Under the pieces are notes generated by a model, which worked only from the letters and a program-made list of their open reading frames with translations, did no database searches and was not told the origin of the DNA. Source: Candidatus Aldehydirespiratoraceae bacterium (GTDB taxonomy: Bacteria; Actinomycetota; Acidimicrobiia; Acidimicrobiales; Aldehydirespiratoraceae). From it: 64,000 nt of DNA. Below, piece by piece: positions 9,263-18,301 of the stretch (within the stretch, counting starts at the first letter, position 1; every line of letters starts with the position of its first letter). A program made the position numbers and the translations under genes. The DNA lies in NCBI GenBank assembly GCA_965198365.1, contig OZ240617.1, forward strand, positions 10,102 to 74,101. The letters run 5' to 3'.

Positions 9263-11035
9263 TCACGGGCGGGCTGCCCGGAGTAATTGACTCATCGGGC
9301 CATCGCCGGAATAGGTGACGGTCAATGTTTCGATCGCCCGCGTTATGGCAACGTAGAGCAGTCGTTGACGGGTCTCGTCTTCGTCGTCGTTTACCCAAAT
9401 GTCGTTGACGCCGCCGATGAGCACATGGGGGTATTCGAGTCCCTTCAGTAGCTGGAGGGTGGACACCCGCACTATGCCGCGCATCGACACCACTTGGTCC
9501 CGCTCCTGCTGTGCGTCGAGTGCTCGAATTTGCTCTGCTCTCAGCGTCTGTATCAAAGAGATCCGCAAGTCTTTCGATCCCGACATGATCACGATGTCGT
9601 CGGGTGTGGCCCCGTTGTGGAGGAGTTCGGCTGTTTTCCTCGTCAGAGTCTCAGCCTCGGTTCTCAGATCGCCGCACTCGAGAAGATCCGGGGCCCTACC
9701 ATTGCGCAAGGCGGCTTCGGGCATGACGAAGACGTCCAGGTCGTCTGGAGAAGCCTGGCCCGCGCTGGTCTGGGTGATCCCCGCAATCGCTCCCAGCGCG
9801 AAGTCGAGCGTCTGCTTCGTGTTGCGGTAGTTGTCTCGGAGAATGGTCGAACGACCCCGGGCGGTCACGCCCGGTGGATTCCAATTCATCCTGCGCCGGT
9901 AGACGTTCTGCGCGCTGTCCAGGGCAATGACAAAATGCCTGCGGTCTGTCGGCAATTCCTGTTTGCCCATTGCCCAGGCCAGGTCCAGCCCTGAGTTGCC
10001 AAGATCTTGGGCTTCGTCCACTAGCACCATGTCGAATTTCGCTGATGCAGGCAGAGTCTCAGTTGCCTTGATTGCTTCCTTCCGCCGGGCATCGTAAGCA
10101 GCGTCGTTGTTGCCGTCGGTTGGCGTTCCACCCGCGGCGCGAATGACCTTGCTGGCGAGGGAGTCGATGGTGGACACCGTCACGTTCTCCATGTCTTCGC
10201 ACTCTGCCTGAAGAGCCTGTGCGAGAGCTTTGTTGAAACAGGCAAGCAAAATGCGCCATCGGGGCATGTTCTCGCCGATAAAGCGGGCTCTGTGGGTCAG
10301 GACCAGGGTCTTGCCGCTTCCGGCCACGCCTCGGATGAGACGGTAGCCAGGTCCGAGGTGTTCTGCTAGGCGTTCTTGGGCCAGGTCCAGAACTCGAATC
10401 AACTCCTCAGACGTCTGGGGAGCAGTGTCGAACATCTGGCCCTGCTGACCGATCACGATGTTGGGATTGATGGCGGCTCGTACCTGTGCTCGGCTCTGGT
10501 TGTCGAGCGCGGGATTCTCCCCGCCGAGTATCTGCCGGATGGCCGCCAACAAGGTGTCTTCATCGAAATCTTCTAAGTGAAGCCGTGGCGTCGTTTCGTC
10601 GGCCAAAGGCACGGGTTGGTCGCCGCGAACATCAGGCAGCGCCAGAGCTCGAGCTACGGGCAGCGACTCGATCTTGTGCTGCAATCCGTCGACCCTGGAG
10701 ATGATGGCTCTTTGGGCCTGGTCGACGCCGACTCGCGGCTGGCGCCGGAAGCGGCTCCGCTTCTTGGCGCCGAGAGGTCGGAGCGTGGGGGACTCCAGCA
10801 CCAGGATACCCGCGGCGGGGTCGAACACGACCAAATAGGGGACCGACTCGGTGCTGGAGTTTGGAACCTCATACCCGAGATCGTTCCGTTGCGCTGCGGC
10901 GGTATCGTCACCGGTTCGCTCAAGTGACACCACGACATCTCCGGGTGTCGCGTCGCGCAGCAGCCGGGCAGAAGTTCTAAGCCTTTCGGGTATGTCGTTT
11001 CGACTGGGAATATTCTCGGGAATCAGGCTGGCCAC
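9263..11035 (-). CDS. SF1 UvrD-like helicase with degenerate NERD-like N-terminus
   Basis: GVAGSGKT, LACFNKAL, VDEAQD, QNVY, NYRN, LKGLEY, LLYVAITRA; N-terminal PYLVVFDPAAGILVLES is NERD-like but lacks the D and K. Confidence 0.85.
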   Translation of the reverse strand: MASLIPENIPSRNDIPERLRTSARLLRDATPGDVVVSLERTGDDTAAAQRNDLGYEVPNSSTESVPYLVVFDPAAGILVLESPTLRPLGAKKRSRFRRQPRVGVDQAQRAIISRVDGLQHKIESLPVARALALPDVRGDQPVPLADETTPRLHLEDFDEDTLLAAIRQILGGENPALDNQSRAQVRAAINPNIVIGQQGQMFDTAPQTSEELIRVLDLAQERLAEHLGPGYRLIRGVAGSGKTLVLTHRARFIGENMPRWRILLACFNKALAQALQAECEDMENVTVSTIDSLASKVIRAAGGTPTDGNNDAAYDARRKEAIKATETLPASAKFDMVLVDEAQDLGNSGLDLAWAMGKQELPTDRRHFVIALDSAQNVYRRRMNWNPPGVTARGRSTILRDNYRNTKQTLDFALGAIAGITQTSAGQASPDDLDVFVMPEAALRNGRAPDLLECGDLRTEAETLTRKTAELLHNGATPDDIVIMSGSKDLRISLIQTLRAEQIRALDAQQERDQVVSMRGIVRVSTLQLLKGLEYPHVLIGGVNDIWVNDDEDETRQRLLYVAITRAIETLTVTYSGDGPMSQLLRAARP

Positions 11036-11064
11036 AGCACGTCAACCTACACTTCAAGCAACTT

Positions 11065-14000
11065 TCAGTCTTGTTCGGCTATCTCCAGATACTTGTATTG
11101 GGTTCGTTCCAATTCTCCCGGCCGCTTGACTTCTCCCGGCCGCTTGACGAGGACCTCGTCTTCAACCAACTTATCGATGGCCTTCTCGACTCCTTCTCGC
11201 TTTAGAAAGGCCAATCTCCCAAAAGCATCTTGCTTGGCCAAACGCTTTGGGAGTTCGTAATTCCCGCCGCTGTGTCCGGCCAGGGTGTTGACAATGCTAT
11301 TGAACGAATAGCGCGCTCCGGCAGTACTCTCCACCAACTCCGTAATGATGGCGTTGACCGGCAATGATTCGAGGAGACCCTCTCGGGTCAGGTGGCTGTC
11401 GGCCCATGGCCTGGGAAGCTCGACGCATAGGTCGCACCGTTCACAGGATTCGGGTGCCTCTGTCCCCAAATATTCGAGCATCCCCTTTCGTCGGCATCCC
11501 TTGGAGGAACGGGCCAGATCCTTCGCTGCACTGGACTTTTCTTCTACCAAGCGCCTGCGGTCTTCGGCTGAATGTTCGATTGCCCCCCACGGGGGATCGG
11601 CGTCGAGCCGCTCCAGTACCCAGGCGTGCTTCCAAGCGGTGAAGCCCAAAATGTCCCGTTTGTTCAACTCGAACAGGTCTGCGGCAATATCCCAGGGCTT
11701 TCGGCCCAGACTCCGCTCCCAGGTTCGCGCATGGTACTCATCGCTGTCTTGCTGTTCGGCTAGAGCCAGAATGTGCCGAGCCCGCTGGGCCAGTTCGGGA
11801 TCTTCTCCTTCCAACTCTTGGACCATGCGCACGGTGTCTCCGACAACGACTATCCGCCCTTTCCAGACGGTGTCGGGATGTCGTTGCACAGCTCCATGTT
11901 CTTGGAGGTAGTGGACGGCTAGGGCAGTGCTCACCGACTCGGGGTCCCCGTCGTAACCTCTTTCCGCTAGTTCCTCCGGATCGTAGGCGTTCGTGCCCGT
12001 CTCAAGCTGTGAACAGATTCGCCGCACCTGCCCAATGACGGGAGCCGAGTTCTTGATGAACATCCGGTGGATGGAGCAATCCCTTGGCATGGTCAAAAGG
12101 ACGGCTGTACCTGTGTCCGGTCCCGTTCCTTCGGCAGCACCGCGGGCCGCCCGGCCGGTCTCCTGCACGTACTCCTCGATGGAGGCAGGCATCTCCAGGT
12201 GGACGATCAGGGCGATGTCGGGCTTGTCAATCCCCATCCCGAACGCCTTGGTGGCCACCACGACATCGATCTCACCGTGGCGAAAGGCGTCTTCGATGTG
12301 CTGGCGTTGGGGATGGTCCATCCGCCCGTGGTAGGCGAACGCGTTGTGGCCGGCCGGCCGCAGCAGGCTGGCGATTCTTGCGGCATCTCGGCGGGTGGGC
12401 ACGTAGACGATGGCCGGTTGGTGGCGAAACGCCTCCACGATCTGGACCACTCGCAAATCGCGGTCTACGCTGTTTTCGCAGCGCTCGCCGAAGTAGCGGA
12501 TCTCCGGCCGATCGGGTGACAGGGCCACCGGCTTGTCTTGTAAATCCAGATCGAGCAGATCCGCGATCTCACCTCGAACCTTTGGAGTGGCGGTAGCGGT
12601 GACGGCTAGGATCGCGGGTCCAGGGTGGCCGGCGATCCGATTTATGGCTTCGGGGATGGCCGCGTACTCCGGACGGAAGGAGTGGCCCCACTGGGAGATG
12701 CAATGAGCTTCATCGACTGCGATCCGGGCCACACCTATCTTGGACAGTTCGCCCACGAACTCCTGAGACCAGAGCCGCTCGGGGCTCACATAGAGCAGCT
12801 TGTAATGGCCGCGATGCGCTCCCCGTAGAATCTCCCGCCATTCCCCTTGGGGTATGCCGCTGTGGATGGTGGCCACCTTGGCCACACCCTTGGCGCGCAG
12901 GTTCTCGGCTTGGTCGTTCATCAGGGCCACCAAGGGGGCGATGACCAGGGTCACACCCGGAGACAGCAGGGCCGGGATCTGAAAAGTGACCGACTTGCCC
13001 GATCCGGTAGGCAGCACGGCCAACATGTCGTCGCCCCGCAGGAAACCGATCATGGTGTCTCGTTGGCCGGGACGCCACTGCTTGAACCCGAAACGCTCTC
13101 GAACCCGGTCGAGGCATTGATCGATCACAGTCTCGTTAGCGAGGTCGGCCTCGGAGAGCTCCAAGTCCGCGAGCGCGGACCACGGGTCGGCGCTGGGCAG
13201 CGCCTGGAGCCGCTGGCGCATCGGCTCGTCGAGAACCACATCGCCGAGGTGGTCGGCGATGAGCTGGTAGGCGTCTTCGGCGTTGTTGGCCCGCTCTAGT
13301 CGAGGGGGACCGGGGAGAGTGCCGAGGATCTGATCTCGATAGGGGACGGCTCGGCACAGCCGGTTGTCCAGAATCACCGTGACCCCGCGATCACGTTCAG
13401 TGCGGATCAGTCGGCCTGCGCCCTGGGCGAAGCGGATGGCAGCTTTGGGCACGATGTAGTCGGCGAACGGGTCTTTGCCGCGACGTTCCATAGGCTCTGT
13501 TCGGGCCCCAACCACAGGATCGGCGGGTGAGTCGAAAGGGATTTTCTCGATGACCAGCAGGCTCAGGGCTTCGCCGGGGATGTCGACTCCTTCCCAGAAG
13601 GAGCGCAGAGCGATCAAACTGGTGGCCAACTCCATCCGCATCCGTTCCACCAGCGCAGGCGCGGTGTCATCCCCTTGAGCCAACAGGGGGATCTGTTCGT
13701 TGTCGAGTACCGGCCGAGCATGGTCACGCACGAACTCCATCCGTGAACGAGCGGCCATGAGGACAAGCCCCCGACCGTCAGTGAGGGTGAGCAGGCGGGG
13801 AATCTCCGAGGCCGCCGACGTCTTGAACTCCTCCATCAGCCTTGGGCGGGGAGCGGGTAGATAGTCGGTGCGCAGCACCATGTGGTTCTCGGTCAGCCAG
13901 GTGAAGGGACTATCAAGGGCAAAGGTTTCAGCGCTGCCCAAACCCAGGGTGTTGAGGGTGTAGCCGAAGCTGTTTCCCACTCTTAGGGTGGCCGAGGTGA

Positions 14001-16092
14001 GCACGGTGGCGTCCAACGAATCCCACAGGGAACGCAGACCATCGGCCACTGATATAGGAGCGCGTTTCAGCTCCCATCTCCACCCGTCTTCGGTGTGGTG
14101 GATCCCGCCGATGGCGACCCACTCCTCAGGTTCGGTGGCCCACAGCACATATCCGATAGTCCTCATCGCATCTCGGGCCTGTTTCCCCAACCGGCTGATT
14201 CGGGCCTCCAAGCGGTACCGCCGAAAACCTGGAGCCAGATCCTCGGGCAGGTTTACATCGTTGAGAGCATCAGCAAGTTTGGACAAGGCGTCTTGGAGGT
14301 GGTGGCCTGCGCCCAGCACCGGTTGCTGGTAGTCGGGATGGCGGGTGTCGATGCCCTTCCTGAGCCGGTATGACACCGGGTACGCGTCTTCTTGTCCGGC
14401 ACCGGTGCGAATTCGCAAGTAATGCACGAAAACCGAACCGAAGTGGGCAGATGCCGATCGGATCTCCTCGGTCGCGCGGCGAATAGCGTCGAGCGGCTCA
14501 TCGCCGATCGGCCATCTGGCCGCTCGGGCAACGCTGACCACCTTCCCGCTGCGGCTCAAAGGATCCCAGACGGAATCGCATAGATCGGCGACATCGCTTT
14601 GGGACACAGAGGCCGAGAGCGCGTCGGTGGCGGAGTCCTCCAAGTTATGGGCCTCGTCCAGAATCAGGTGCTTGGAACAGTGCAGCCAGTCGCTCCAAGT
14701 CACCAGCAGGGCATGGTTGAGCACGGCCACATCAGCGTCTGGGAAGAGATCGCGTGCCCGTCTATAGAAGTCCCGGTGGTCGAGCTGGGACTTGGGCGGA
14801 CCGCCCGGCGCCTCGGCCACGCTAAGCAGTCGGCGGATGCGGCGCACTTCGGGAATCCTCTTCTCGATGGCGCCGGTGCGTAGGTCGTCCCAGTCGCCGG
14901 TTCTGGTTTGCGCCACCCAACCGCAGAGAATGGCGAGGACTAGGACCTCGGGATGGGTGAAGGCGGGTTGAGGCGGCGCTTCACTTGTCACCCCGGTAGT
15001 CCCGGTCGCCGAGGCCAAGATATCCAGCTCTCCGTCCAGCGAATCCAGGCTGATGTAGTTGCCCATACCCTTGAGCAGGACGTAGACGAACGGACCGAGA
15101 TCTTCTTGAAGCTCCTCCAGTGTCGTCATCACCTGGTCTTGAAGAACCTTGGAATGTGGGGCCACGACAACGGGCCGCTGGACGGCCCGGCCGTACGTGA
15201 TGGCCGGCGCCAGATAGGCCAGCGTCTTGCCTGTTCCGGTGGGAGCTTCGATCAGCCGTCGACCGCCCTTATACAGGGTGTCGGCAATGAGTTTCGCCAT
15301 CTCGGTCTGCTGTTCGCGGGGCTCTCGGTTATGGCCCATCAGTGTGCCCCCGTCATGGAACATCTCGGTGACAGCATCGGGATTGAATGGTCTTGCGGGC
15401 GGTTTTGGCTGTGGCGGCTCGGGAAGCGGTACGACATCCGCCAGAGCTGTGCGCTCAGATTGCGATGACAAGAATCTAGCCCACGGGTGATCGCCGGCTT
15501 GGAGGACCCAACGTTGGAGACGACGCATCGGGGAGTCTTCTTCCATGGCGACCAACAGCCCCAGCAAGACTCGATACAGAAGCAAAGCATCGTCGAGAGC
15601 GCGGTGAGCACCCCGGGGCTGGTCTCCGAAGAAGTGCCGGGCCAACTCGTCGAGACTGCGGCCGTTCGGCGGTGTTCCGCCGTCGATGTTAACGACAATG
15701 CCCTTTCCCGCCCGGGGGAAGACGATGTGAGCGAGTTCCAAGGTGTCGAGCCGCTGGTGATCGGGAATCTTCTCCCCAACGGCATCAAGGAGCACAAAAT
15801 CGTATCCATGCCCATTGTGAGCGATCAGTGGGCGGTTCCCGACAAAACTGCGGAACAAGCGCAACGCCTCCGCTGGTAGGGGTGCAGCATCCACCATCTC
15901 TTGTGTGATGCCGGTGAGTTCCTGTGTCTGGGGGCGCAGAGGCCGTGTGGGACGAACCAGGGTCTCGAATCGATCGGCCTCCTCGCCGTCGCGGATCAAT
16001 AGAGCACCGATCTCGATGATCTCGTGCCGTGGCGGATGGGCTTGGTCGGCGTTGGCTTCCAAGTCGAAGATCACGTACTCAGAAATCGCCAC
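11065..16092 (-). CDS. DEDDh 3'-5' exonuclease - DinG helicase - RecQ helicase fusion (1675 aa)
   Basis: Exo: FDLEA, HNGHGYD, HRALDDA. DinG: REQQ, EAPTGTGKT, DEAH, SATL, FWEGVD, QGAGRLIR. RecQ: FGF..RPGQ, PTGSGKS, DEAHCISQWGHSFRPEY, TATAT, AFGMGID, QETGRAAR, CRR..CERCDLC. Confidence 0.9.
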   Translation of the reverse strand: MAISEYVIFDLEANADQAHPPRHEIIEIGALLIRDGEEADRFETLVRPTRPLRPQTQELTGITQEMVDAAPLPAEALRLFRSFVGNRPLIAHNGHGYDFVLLDAVGEKIPDHQRLDTLELAHIVFPRAGKGIVVNIDGGTPPNGRSLDELARHFFGDQPRGAHRALDDALLLYRVLLGLLVAMEEDSPMRRLQRWVLQAGDHPWARFLSSQSERTALADVVPLPEPPQPKPPARPFNPDAVTEMFHDGGTLMGHNREPREQQTEMAKLIADTLYKGGRRLIEAPTGTGKTLAYLAPAITYGRAVQRPVVVAPHSKVLQDQVMTTLEELQEDLGPFVYVLLKGMGNYISLDSLDGELDILASATGTTGVTSEAPPQPAFTHPEVLVLAILCGWVAQTRTGDWDDLRTGAIEKRIPEVRRIRRLLSVAEAPGGPPKSQLDHRDFYRRARDLFPDADVAVLNHALLVTWSDWLHCSKHLILDEAHNLEDSATDALSASVSQSDVADLCDSVWDPLSRSGKVVSVARAARWPIGDEPLDAIRRATEEIRSASAHFGSVFVHYLRIRTGAGQEDAYPVSYRLRKGIDTRHPDYQQPVLGAGHHLQDALSKLADALNDVNLPEDLAPGFRRYRLEARISRLGKQARDAMRTIGYVLWATEPEEWVAIGGIHHTEDGWRWELKRAPISVADGLRSLWDSLDATVLTSATLRVGNSFGYTLNTLGLGSAETFALDSPFTWLTENHMVLRTDYLPAPRPRLMEEFKTSAASEIPRLLTLTDGRGLVLMAARSRMEFVRDHARPVLDNEQIPLLAQGDDTAPALVERMRMELATSLIALRSFWEGVDIPGEALSLLVIEKIPFDSPADPVVGARTEPMERRGKDPFADYIVPKAAIRFAQGAGRLIRTERDRGVTVILDNRLCRAVPYRDQILGTLPGPPRLERANNAEDAYQLIADHLGDVVLDEPMRQRLQALPSADPWSALADLELSEADLANETVIDQCLDRVRERFGFKQWRPGQRDTMIGFLRGDDMLAVLPTGSGKSVTFQIPALLSPGVTLVIAPLVALMNDQAENLRAKGVAKVATIHSGIPQGEWREILRGAHRGHYKLLYVSPERLWSQEFVGELSKIGVARIAVDEAHCISQWGHSFRPEYAAIPEAINRIAGHPGPAILAVTATATPKVRGEIADLLDLDLQDKPVALSPDRPEIRYFGERCENSVDRDLRVVQIVEAFRHQPAIVYVPTRRDAARIASLLRPAGHNAFAYHGRMDHPQRQHIEDAFRHGEIDVVVATKAFGMGIDKPDIALIVHLEMPASIEEYVQETGRAARGAAEGTGPDTGTAVLLTMPRDCSIHRMFIKNSAPVIGQVRRICSQLETGTNAYDPEELAERGYDGDPESVSTALAVHYLQEHGAVQRHPDTVWKGRIVVVGDTVRMVQELEGEDPELAQRARHILALAEQQDSDEYHARTWERSLGRKPWDIAADLFELNKRDILGFTAWKHAWVLERLDADPPWGAIEHSAEDRRRLVEEKSSAAKDLARSSKGCRRKGMLEYLGTEAPESCERCDLCVELPRPWADSHLTREGLLESLPVNAIITELVESTAGARYSFNSIVNTLAGHSGGNYELPKRLAKQDAFGRLAFLKREGVEKAIDKLVEDEVLVKRPGEVKRPGELERTQYKYLEIAEQD

Positions 16093-16166
16093 GGGGCGAG
16101 AATAGTGTTTTAATCTCGCGAGTTCCTGTCTGCGCTCACCTCCAAACGACTAAGTGGGACAGTCTT

Positions 16167-16739
16167 CTAACCCAGGGTTACACCCGCAGCGACGAGTTCG
16201 GTTAGTGCAGCGTCGGTCGTTTCGGGGGCGACACCGGCGCAGTGTTCGAGCAACACGGTGGTGTCGAAACCGGCGGCCACGGCATCGAGCGCCGTCGCTC
16301 TCACGCAATGGTCGGTCGCTAAACCGACCACATCGACAGAAGTGACTCCTCGCGCCTTGAGCCAGTCACCGAGCAGCACTGTCTCGTCTGAGGCTGCACC
16401 TCCGTCGAAACCCGTGTAGCTAGCGGTGGTCCGGCCTTTCAAGAAGACCTCGTCTACCACTATGTCCAAATCAGGGTGGAAGGCCGCACCTTCGCTGTCG
16501 GCAACGCAGTGAACCGGCCAGGTGTCGACGAAGTTCGGGCCGACTTCGGGATCGGCGAAATGTTCACCCGGATCGACATGCCAATCCTTGGTGGCCGCGA
16601 CCAACTCATAGGCGCCACCGGCACGGTCCAAACCCGCCAGCTCAGTGATTGAACGGGCCACCGATCCGCCGCCGTCCACCGCCAAAGCACCGCCTTCGCA
16701 GAAGTCGTTCTGGACATCAACAACGATCAACGCCTTCAT
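16167..16739 (-). CDS. pncA: Nicotinamidase/pyrazinamidase
   Basis: VDVQNDFCEGGAL, DWH, WPVHC, VGLATDHCV. Confidence 0.93.
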   Translation of the reverse strand: MKALIVVDVQNDFCEGGALAVDGGGSVARSITELAGLDRAGGAYELVAATKDWHVDPGEHFADPEVGPNFVDTWPVHCVADSEGAAFHPDLDIVVDEVFLKGRTTASYTGFDGGAASDETVLLGDWLKARGVTSVDVVGLATDHCVRATALDAVAAGFDTTVLLEHCAGVAPETTDAALTELVAAGVTLG

Positions 16740-18103
16740 CGGCTCATACCTCCATTGCTGTTGACAACCGCCGCCGATAGCGGTTCTTCAACACCTTCCC
16801 AAATTGTAGGCACCGCCGGTGTAGTCACGGGCCAGGGAGTCCTGTCTTCATCAACCAAACGTGCACGTCGCTCGGCGCAACGAGCCCGAGCCTCGCTCAC
16901 GTCGGTCAAATCGGCGACAACCTCACCATCGCGCAGTAGCGGTACCTGCGGGCACATCGAGTTTTCGGGCACATCCACCGGAAGAACCGAAAGAACCTCG
17001 GCAAGAAACCTGCCTTCGGCGTCATAGGTCCGGTGTACGGACTTGTGACCACCAATGGTGCGTTTCCCCGGCGAGTGCTTCCCGACCGCTCGTAGCGGGC
17101 CGGGATGGTCATCGTCAGCGATCGACACCAACTTGTAGACCATCGAAGCCGTCGGATGGCCCGAGCCGGTGACCAGGCTTGTCCCAACCAGATAGGCATC
17201 GATCGGTGCGCCGGCGAGTTCCAAGTCGGCGATCAGGAACTCGTCGAGGTCACTCGACACAACAATCCGACAATCAACAGCACCCAGTTCGTCGAGCAAC
17301 TGGCGGGCCGCACGACTGTCGGCGAGCAACTCGCCGCTGTCGATTCGTACGGCTCCGATTTCGCGTCCGACCACATCAACGGCCCGACGTATGCCTTCCA
17401 TCACGTCGAAAGTGTCGACCAGATAGGTGGAACCGACACCCAGAGTGTCGCGTTGCACTCTGAAGGCTTCGGTCTCGCTGTTGTGGGCCAGCACGAACGC
17501 GTGAGCTGTGGTTCCGCCGGTTGGGATGCCATGGCGACGACCCGCCTCGAGGTTCGAGGTTGTGTCGAAACCTCCAACATGCGAGGCACGAGCAGCAGCC
17601 ACCGCCGATTCTGGATCGGTGCGCCGCGACCCACCCTCTACGAGCAGGCGTCCACCTGCGGCATCGGCCACCCGGGCCGCGGCGGAAGCAACCGCGCAGT
17701 CATGGTTCAGGACCGACAGCAGGACTGTTTCGAGCACCACGCATTCAGCGAACGAACCAGCCACGGTCAGCACCGGGCTGTACGGAAAAAACAGTTCACC
17801 TTCGGCGTAGCCGGTGATGTCTCCACCGAAGCGGTAGTTGCGCAGCCAGTCGGCCATCATCTCGCCTTGAACAACTCCGCAAGCCATCAAGTGATCAACG
17901 GTGTCTTCGTCGAACTGGAAACGCTCAACGGCATCCACTAGGCGGTCGATGCCCGCGACCACTCCGTAAGCTCGGCCTTCGGGGAGGCGGCGAGCGAAGA
18001 CCTCAAAGACGGCACGTCGAGAGGCAACCCCTGACTTGAGGGCGGCTTCCACCATGGTCAGCTCATAGTGGTCGGTGAACAGCGCACTTGAGGGACGTTC
18101 CAT
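16736..18103 (-). CDS. pncB: Nicotinate phosphoribosyltransferase
   Basis: TDHYELTM, GGTTAHAF, LVDTFD, VRIDSG, SSDLDE, VYKLV; overlaps pncA. Confidence 0.93.
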   Translation of the reverse strand: MERPSSALFTDHYELTMVEAALKSGVASRRAVFEVFARRLPEGRAYGVVAGIDRLVDAVERFQFDEDTVDHLMACGVVQGEMMADWLRNYRFGGDITGYAEGELFFPYSPVLTVAGSFAECVVLETVLLSVLNHDCAVASAAARVADAAGGRLLVEGGSRRTDPESAVAAARASHVGGFDTTSNLEAGRRHGIPTGGTTAHAFVLAHNSETEAFRVQRDTLGVGSTYLVDTFDVMEGIRRAVDVVGREIGAVRIDSGELLADSRAARQLLDELGAVDCRIVVSSDLDEFLIADLELAGAPIDAYLVGTSLVTGSGHPTASMVYKLVSIADDDHPGPLRAVGKHSPGKRTIGGHKSVHRTYDAEGRFLAEVLSVLPVDVPENSMCPQVPLLRDGEVVADLTDVSEARARCAERRARLVDEDRTPWPVTTPAVPTIWEGVEEPLSAAVVNSNGGMSR

Positions 18104-18126
18104 CCCGCATCACGCTACCGGTCTGT

Positions 18127-18258
18127 GCCAGCGCCGATGACTTCCACATCCGAAGCCCGAGAATCCACACAGCGCCAGCACCGATGACTTCCACATCGAA
18201 ACCCCGAGAATCCACACAGCGCCAGCACCGATGACTTCCACATCGAAACCCCGAGAAT
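18127..18258. repeat. 47-bp tandem repeat, about 2.8 copies, intergenic
   Basis: Unit gccagcaccgatgacttccacatcgaaaccccgagaatccacacagc starts at 18127, 18174 and 18221. Confidence 0.9.
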
Positions 18259-18301
18259 TCGCGGGGGCATCACGGGCGCAGGGTCTGCGTAGGCTCACGG
18301 T

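Noticed and set aside
13260-15400. Type IV CRISPR-associated CasDinG
   Set aside because: No csf/cas genes or array; the module is embedded in an exonuclease-RecQ fusion.
18127-18258. Possible CRISPR array
   Set aside because: Units are contiguous and near-identical with no unique spacers; no cas genes in the window.
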